Part shown: piece by piece, positions 18,201-27,200 of the stretch
How the letters are laid out: each line of letters starts with the position of its first letter
Numbering within the stretch: the stretch's first letter is position 1
From: a virus
Lineage: Duplodnaviria; Caudoviricetes
IMG/VR virus record: IMGVR_UViG_3300044984_002326
Span: 1 to 27,783 of that record
Strand: one strand, 5' to 3'
Length of the DNA: 27,783 nt
Notes under the pieces: model-generated
Told to the model about the DNA's origin: nothing
The model's database searches: none
Seen by the model: the letters and a program-made list of their open reading frames with translations, nothing else
Position numbers and translations under genes: made by a program

Positions 18201-21200
18201 ATGCTGCCTTGCTCTATTGGAGCGTATTCAGTCATTTCAATGGCTCGCTCAAGCGTGGCACCTTCCGATACAACGCCTCCTTCTGGGTCCTGAACGTACC
18301 AGTTGTTGCCGTATTGCTCAAAAGTGAAGCCTGCATCTTCCAAAAGCTGCTTTTGCGACTTCTGGCTGCCTCCTGGCATTGCCAGCACAACCTCGCGGTA
18401 GTTTTCTCCGCCGGGAAGCTGGTATTGGGCGTATTTGGTAGCGTCATTCACTCCAAGCTCTTGCTCATCTCCTGTGAGCTCTTGTATTTCATCGAACAAT
18501 GGCTGGAGGTCTTCAGGTAGATCATCGTAAGTAATGTCTTCATCCTCTTCGACGTTAAATATGATGTATTCTCCGTATTCTTCTTGAAGTTCATATCCTC
18601 TAGCTTCGATTTGCGCTGTGAGCTCGGCTATTCTGGCTTGGTTTTCAGAGCGTCCCATTGTGACTTCTTTGAATTTCACTGATCCCTCAGTGGCAAGCCA
18701 GTTAAGCACGTCGTCCTTGGAAACCTTTTCTTTGCCTTGCAACCAGGGAATAAGTCCGCTCCACTTGATTTCGTCAGCCTTGGCTCCGGCTTTGGCAATC
18801 TGAAGCACCTGCATAGGCGTTGCCGTTTTCGGCATTTTTTCGGTAATCGTGCGCGATAGCTGGGAATAGAATTCCGGCATCTCGTCGGACAGATCGGCAT
18901 TTTCCAGTCTTTTTCCAAAAAGCTCTTCGTTTATTGCTTTGATCATCTGGAAAGCTTCTTCTCGCCTTTGCTCAATAACAATTTGATCGTTCGCTCTAGC
19001 CTCTTCAGCATCTTTTTTTGTTTCAAAATAATTTGGACGCAATACATAAGTTTCAGGATCGCTGATGAGCACGGTGAAATAGATTTTGCCTAAATGCTTG
19101 GCCAGTTCCACCGGGTTGGCTTCGATGGGCAAATCGTAGAGATCGGCCGTTTCCAGGCCGCCATCTTCGCGCTTGGTAAATCCGTAAGGAATCAACGTGG
19201 ATTGAGTTTGGCTCATTGCCTCTTCCTCCATATCGGTCAGCTTCTTGCGAACCTCTTTAATTTTGTTCACTAGGTTTTCACGTCCAGATCCAGACCTTAG
19301 TTTTTTATCGAGCCCTTCGAGTTTTTTGCTCTGAACTGCGTGAAGTTTGTCGTATTCCTTGTAGTCCAATCCTGGGCGTCTTTTGAGTTCTTCCAGCTCT
19401 TCCTCCGCTTCCCTGATCTGATCTTTAATCATCTCTTGGCGCGGAGTTAGGAGTTGCCCCTCAAACTGCTCGTCAAAGCGAGTAAGCGCTTTCTCCAGGC
19501 CTTCGAGCTGGCGACGGAGTTTGATCCGCTGCGGTGAGCCTTTCGAGCCCTGGCGCGCGTCCTGGATGAATCCAGCGAGGTCGTATTGTGACTCTTCGAC
19601 TTCTTTTTCCTCTGGCTTGGTTTCAGTGGTTTCAGCGAGATAGGCCTTGTAGGCTTCTCCTGCTGATTCTCCTTCGCCGAGAATATCTCCATCTGAGTTG
19701 TATATCCGCCATTTGCCAACATCGCGGAAAAGGCCGGAAATAAACCATCCATCACCGCTCGCCGAGGTATCATCCGGGCTCGCAAGGAAAAACTCGCCTC
19801 CAAGAACTCCGCGAATCTCTTCCTCGGTAAGCTCCTTGCTGTCAGGTGGTGCTTCAAATGGATGATCTTCAAAGAGCCTATTCCCGGCTTCATCCATAAC
19901 CTTCCTGTAATCGACCGGGACTAATCCGCCGTTTTCACTTTCCAGTAATATCCAGTAGCCTGTTTTGTCCCAGCGGTGTGCCTCGACGTCGCGGGCTTCC
20001 CCATCGACATAAACTAAGGATCCAGCCGGAGCTCCATTACGGAGCCATGATGGTGCCGGGAACGGTGATTGTGATAATTCGGTGAGGATCTGCAAAAGCG
20101 CCTTTTTCTTGGAATCCAATTCCGGCTGGCGGGTAAATTCTTTTCCAAGCATTTCCTCAAGCGAGGCGATCGACTTGGCGAAATCGCCGAATCTCTCTTG
20201 CCTGTTTGAGACGTTCCTCATCAGGCCGCGCATGGATCCTTCCAACGATCCGAGGCTTTGAGCTCCAAGTGTCATTTCGTGCCTGGCTCCATTTGGGAGA
20301 GCTATCTCAATTCTCCATTGGATCGGCTGATTGCTTCCAGAATCCCATTTGAGGCGAAGGGTGATGTTGTCGCCATATTTTCCAAGGATCTTGCCGTCAT
20401 CCTTACTGGTTGGGATAGGTTGATTGGCGATTGCCTCTTCCGCTTTTTTCCGCTCGGTATAGGTCTTGCCAAGGAATTGAAATTCAAAATCTTTGGTGAA
20501 GGTGCCTTTGATTACATCAATGACTTTTTCAAAGAACTCAAGCTGGTCCTTTTCATACTTTTCATCTTTCTTGAGATCGCGGATCGATTCCCGTGCTTTT
20601 TCGATGGATCGGAAATGGGTGTCGCGCTTCCGTTCAAGTTTATTGACATCTGCCGCGAGCTTGGCCCGGAGCAAAAGGCGAGGATCCCCGGCCGCTGCCG
20701 AGAAAGATTGCTCGAAGTCAGCGACGCTCGATCCTCCTTCGTTCATGTCGGCACCGTCCCCGGCGAGAACGCGGAGATTGTTTTGCCCCTCCGTATTGAG
20801 AAGCATTTGAGTGAATCGGTAGATGAATCGCACCTTGTTCAAAAGGACCTGCCAGCGGCGGCCGTCGTGTGATCCTTCCGCGAAATAGCGGTATTCATTC
20901 ACGGTGTTCCATCTGTTGCCTTGTCTCCAGCCGCGTCCGTTGCGCTGTTCAAGAGCGCCAGGCGTCCAGGGGGCGTCAAGATGGTGCATTGCGCGGAGGT
21001 TGCGCTGGGCATTGACTCCGGTTCCCATTGTTTCGGTGCCGCCGATCATAAAGCGCACTTTCCCCTGATTTGCGAGGGAGGCAATATCCGCCTTGGTCAA
21101 CTTAGCCGAAATCTTCAAAACCTTGCGGAGAGGGTCATTTGGGCGCAAAGCGATAGGATCGAGCGACATATTTCCGAGAATGGCGATTTCCTCCGGTGCT

Positions 21201-24200
21201 ACTCCCTGGGCCATCAGTTTTTCAACAATGTCACGCGCAAGGTTGAACTTCGGCCTTCTGACTTTGCGACGGCGGGCTTTGCCTTCATCGTCGTAAGTGG
21301 GCATCCCGAATTCATCTCGAATAATTTCATCGTTATCGGTGTAATCGTTCAATCCTCGCTCCATGAAGATCATTTGAGTGGATTCCGGGTGCTCATTGTA
21401 ATGAGTCATCGCGTTACCAAGCATCATGTTGATCTTGCTCCCTGCGTAATCTGGGGCTGTTGGATCAACGAGACGATAATCGAGCGCCGAGGCCGTTCCT
21501 TGGCCTTCCATTGTGATAGGAGTCGGCCTGCCCATTTTCATGGCCAACATTTTGCCTTTTCCGTCCATCGCCTGATATTCGACGTATTGCTGGCGGATCT
21601 GCTCCTTATGGGCGAGCTGCTCAGGGCTCATGTCGGAAATCACCGTTTTAACGGCCTTGAAAGGTCTTCCAACCGGATTTTCGGTCATGCCTTCAGTTGA
21701 TTCCCGGTCTTTGAACTCCGGCATATCCTTGGCGAGAACTACATCGAAATACCTGCCAGCCATCCGAGCCAGTTCTGGCACGTTGACAAAGGATAGTAGT
21801 CGAGTGACAGGCTCATGGGTGCCTCCGGTGGTGAGCTCAACATCGGAAACCGCAGCTGCGAAGGAATTGAACCAGTCGTCAAAGTTGTCGATTCCGCTAT
21901 CGCTCATTTCCTCATCCATCACAAAGCGCATCATGTTGTAGGCTTCGTTCAGGTTGTTGGTAAGCGGCGTCCCGGTGAAGAGATACACACCTTTTCCTCC
22001 GTTTTGGCCTTTAACGTAGTCGGTAATGGCTCCCATTTGCCAACCGATACCGCTTTCCACTTTGTTCAGGCCTTTGATTACCTTCCTGGTAGCAAGGTTG
22101 ATTTTTTTGAAAATGTGCGCTTCATCGACGATGATATTGTCGATCCCAAGATCTTCGAAAAGGATTGCACCTTCGGCCTGCGCTTTCGCTGCCTTATCGG
22201 CAATGCGCTTTCTGATGGCGATACGTTGTTTCACCAATTCTTTTGCGGTGGAAGAGTCCTTAACATATTTCAACGCCATGCCGACGGATTTCATGTCGTC
22301 AAGATCCAGCTCTTGATTGTAGCCAATATCTTCAAGCTCCTGGGCAATTTCGTTTTCAAGTGCCACGATCTGCTTGTCAGCAATCTGCATCAATGTTTTT
22401 TCAGATAACGTGAATCGCTCAATCAAAGAGTGTGGCACGATCACGGCATCCCATTCATCCAAAGCGATTTGCCTCAATGCTGAATCCCGGTTTTCAGGGC
22501 TTAGATTGTCCACATAAAGGAACTTCCCGTTGGGGTATGCCATTTGAAATTCTTCATAGACAGCCTGGGAGTTTGCGTTGTGAGCAAAAATGAGTGTTTT
22601 ACGGAATTTCCCAAGCCTCCGGCCTTCGACGGCGAGCCCGGCCATAGTGAAGGTTTTACCCGTGCCGACCTCGTGAGCGCCAACACCTTTCCCATCCATG
22701 ATGAATCTCCATACCGCATCTTTCTGATGCTTGCGGAAATCGAACTCGGAATTACCCATTTTCAATGCCAGGCCTTCAAGGCGAAGATGATCCCCGTTAC
22801 GTTTCGGGGTGACTTCTGAGTTCATTACCTCGTTGTAGTCATTGGAAAGCCTACCGGTGCGGGCTGGGTCGGCCCATAGCCACTCGGCTAATTCCTCGCG
22901 GATCGTGTCAACTTTGCCGTTGGCGATCTTGGTCGCTTCGTCGTTCAAGGTGACTCGGCCATCGTCGTCTTTTGGATTCCAGACTTTTACCTGCGTGTTG
23001 TTCATCGCAGCTTGGAAAATTTTAGCGAAAGGAAGCTGGGCGACTCCGTATTTCTCCTTGGCGTTAGTTCCCCGGCCTAAGCCGTCATTATTGACTTTGA
23101 AATTCCAGCCTGAAGAGGCCTTGGTTAAAGTAAAGTTTTTCTCGGCCATTTCTGGATCAGCTCCAAGCAAGTGAGAGACATATCCGAGATAATCCTCTTT
23201 CGAGATCCATGAAGCTCCCATTTGAACTTCAATCTCGAAATAGGCGACATCGGCAGGCTGGATATTCTCCAGGGCTGCGATATTCCGATCCATGTCGAAT
23301 CCCTGCTCTTTGGCGTCAATGGCTTCGCGTAGTTTTCTCCTGACGTTGCCGCCAAGATACTCTTCACCTGTCTCCCAGGTGCCTGCCGGAGTTTTGTAGA
23401 TTTGATTCAGATCAAGAAGGCGATCGACGACTTCCTGCTCGGTGCTTTCGGAGATCTCCGCGATCCTGGCTATGTCGAGGCTTATGCTTTCGTTCCGCTG
23501 GATCGCGTACGCATCTTGGATATTTCCTCGAACATCGACAACCGCACGGCGCATGATGTCTTTCAGGAGAATGTCGCGGGGAACGGTTTTTCCGTTTTCT
23601 TTCCGCTCCAGGTTAAGGAGGGTGAGCGCCATCGGATCGTTGGCCTTTTCAAATGCCTTAATCATCGTGGAATCCTTAATGCTCCCGTGTTTTTTGACGA
23701 AAGCATTGAAGGTGGCGAGAGCTTCCGATCTGCGCGAATTGGTATCTGGATAGTCTTCCCGTTGCGAAGTGAGCAATTCTTTGACCTGTTTCCGGAGATC
23801 CAGAAGTGCCGAAAGCTGATCGCTGCGCTTTTTCGTCTCGGCCTCGCTCTTCACTTCCCACTTGAATACTTCGGAAAGGGGTTGCAACTGCTCTCCCCGG
23901 ACGATGTAGAAACCTTTCGGGTTGGCGGTGCTGCCGTCTTCATAGACCACACTGTTTTGCGGTTCTCCGTTCTCACGGTTAAAGAACTCCTTGCGATCGG
24001 GGCGCTGCTGGCCTTCCGTGTAGATCCCGGCTGGGAGTTTGTCGGTGATGGATCCAAGCAGGGTTTCGTAGTTGTCCGGCCTTTCTACGGTCATTCCAGC
24101 TCTACCAAAGGTAGTGCCGTGTCCGTATTTCATTTCGCCGAGTATATGGGTTGGATTGTCTCTCCAATAGACGTTGGCATTGAATTGTTTGTCTTTTTCG

Positions 24201-27200
24201 CCGATTCGTTCGCTTTCGATCCATTCCTCATTGCCTGCCTCGGAAAGCTGCTCGGTGCGCTTCTGGAGGATGATTACGTCGGTAACGACGGAGGTGCCCG
24301 CGTAGCCTTTAAATGCTCCAGACGGGAATCGGAACGCGCCAACGAGTTTTGCTCGCTTCGCCATCTGGCGGCGGGCTACCTGGCCTTTTTTGTCCATCGT
24401 TCCCGACGAAGTAATTCCGACAACCAGGCCGCCTGGGCGAACCTGATCGAGAGCTTTCACGAAGAAATAATCGTGGAGTGAGAGTTTTAGGTGATTGTAT
24501 CGGGTGTCGCTTGGTCCTTCCTTGTGGAAAGGCCAGTTGCCGATAATCAGATCGTAGAAATTGTCTGCGGTGGCGCTCTTCTCGTAGCCCATGATCCGAA
24601 TGTTCGCATCTGGATAAAGCATTTTCGCCATTCCTCCTACCACGCTATCAAGCTCGATCCCGGTGAGAGAGCTCTTCGAGCGGAGCACGTCCGGCATAAG
24701 GCCAAAGAAATTGCCAATGCCCATCGATGGCTCCAGCGTCCGGCCGCCCTTGAATCCAAGGTGCTGAACAATGTCCCACAACGCTTTGACGTGCGGAGGA
24801 TCCGTGTAATGAGCGTTGATGATCGAATCTCGGATGCTTTCCCATCCTGCTTGGCCAAGGTGCTCGCGGAGCCATTCGCTTTCCTTTGTCCACTCGTCCT
24901 TTGGATTGGGGCGATCCCATGAGCCTTGGAAGAGCTCCTGGCCGAAACTTCCCCAGCCTATGTAAGCGGCCATCGCGTCAAGCTCTTCCGGTGTCGGTTC
25001 ACGACCTTCGGAAAATACCCGGTCGAAAGTTTCAAGAGCTTTCTGATTTCGCGCGAAACGGTCTTTCGGACCCTTTGCTCCAATAATCTTCTCCGGATCG
25101 GTTAAACGGTAGCCAGGTCTTCCTGAGTAGGCAGGCTGTTGATTTCCAGCCACTCCAGTTCCGTTTCCGGTGTTGCTGGCACCAGTTCCAGCATTGCTTG
25201 ATTCAGGGCCGCTCCCGCTTCCCTCCCCTGGTCCACTTGCTGATGAGTCAGATCGATTACCTGGTCGTGGAGATCTTCCGCCCACGCTTCCAGTATTTTT
25301 GCCTCCTCCAGAAGCCTTGCCATTGTTGGGGCTCCGTTTTTGATCGCCTGGGCTATCGAGATCGCTGCCGGGCTTGGAATCCACGGATCCTTTAGATCCT
25401 GGTTCCAGTTGTTCACCAGTTTCCTGATCTTCACTACCAAGATTGGATTGATTCGTCTCATCACTGTTACTGTCTTCTAGTTGTTGCTGATTGTCAAGTT
25501 TCGCGGCGTCGATCTCCGCATACACGTCGAGCCACTTCACATCGCTTTGCAGGGACGGATTGGCCATCACGAACCCACCCCACACCGCTTTGGAATAAAC
25601 GCGGAGCTTCGGTGAGATCCTGTCGAGAGAAGCGGCCAGGCCTTCTGGCGTCGTGACTCCCTCGGAGATCAAGATTTGAGCGGCACCAATGAGTTGCCCC
25701 ATTTTCGCTACCGGGATCGGCTGCTGGTAAAACTCGTCGGTAAGTTCTGCTGTTTCCAGTCCATCGACCAGATCGGTGAACATATTTTTGAGAGCGCTTT
25801 CTCCCTCGGAAAGAGCTGGCTTCGCTGCGGGTGCGGGCGCTGGTTTAGCTTGGGGCGCTGCTTCCGAGGCCGGAACGTATGGTTTTAAAATCGGCTCAAC
25901 ATAATTGCGAGGCGAGATTTGCTGTTCAGCGTCTTCCTTGGCGCGCTCCCACATCGACCAATCATCCGGGAATACTGTTTTTTCAAAATACTCCAAGTCG
26001 GCGGTGGCCTTCGCTACTACGGTCGGCCAATCCTTTGCTTTAATCGCTTTGTTGAGTGCGCGTTTGCGTTTTGCATATTCGGCCTGGGAAAAATCGGCGA
26101 TGGGGGCCGGAGCGGGCGCTGGAGCCGGGGCTGAGGCTCCCTCGGCCGTTTCCACGGAAGGCATCTGCTTGACGGTTTCCAGGATCTCCATAACCGGAGC
26201 TTCGAGGATGATTACTTTGATCGGCGTGTCTGGATCGGTTTCGAGAGCTGCAAGCCACTGGTGATGGCCGTCAATAACCCGGCCATTGGCGGAAACAAGG
26301 ATTGCGCGATTGCCTCCTTCGTAGGATTTGGCTTTTTCAACCTTCTCGCGTGAGTATTCCGCCTGGGTTGGGGAAAGCTGCGAGGGGCGCATCATCACGT
26401 CGGCCTCGTAGTTAATTCCACGGGCTTTGAGGAACTGCACCATTGCGGAGCGGTCCTCGGCTTTGATCTGTGGCATCTCGGCGCGCGGGATTCCAAGCGA
26501 TTGAAACTCTTCGGGGAAATTCTCCCATTCTGGGGTTTCTGGTGATTTGCTGCTAGTTTCCTGTGGTTTAGCAGAAACGGGTTTCGGCTGCTCCACGATC
26601 TCGGAAGGATCAACCAGGACGTTCTTGCCGTTCACTTCGACGATGATCTTGCCGTTCTTCTCCGATTGGATACGGAATGTACCGGTGATGGTTTCACCAT
26701 TACGAACGAAAGTGACTTGCGTTGGCTGCTTTGGCTCTTGTGGCTCCGTTGGGGCGCTTTCCTCGGCTGCTTGCGATTCTGCAAAATTACGCCCACCTAC
26801 ATAATCGTTCTGCAAATCGATCCATTCCTCTTCAGTAAATGGCTTGCCGAATAAACCTTCTAAGTCTTGCCGTGATGGCATTTCGTTAGTTGTGGTTCCC
26901 CTTGGTCCTTTTGGCGAAAAGTCGGAAAGACTAGAGATTTCTCCAGCGCCAAGATTGTAAAGATCATCTGCTATTTCTTTGAATGTCCATCGTGAAGCAT
27001 CGGCCTGGGGCGCTGATTTCGGCGCTGGCGCTGCTTTCGCGGGCTTGTTGGCCTTGTCGTATTCCTTGAGTTGCGCGGTGATCGCGTCGATCTCCACCTG
27101 GAGCTCCGGGGATAGGCCGCTGGCCACAAGCTCTTTGAGCGCTTTCAGGGCTGCGCGAAGGTGATCAACCGTTTCCTGGCGAAGATTTGCCCAAAACTTG

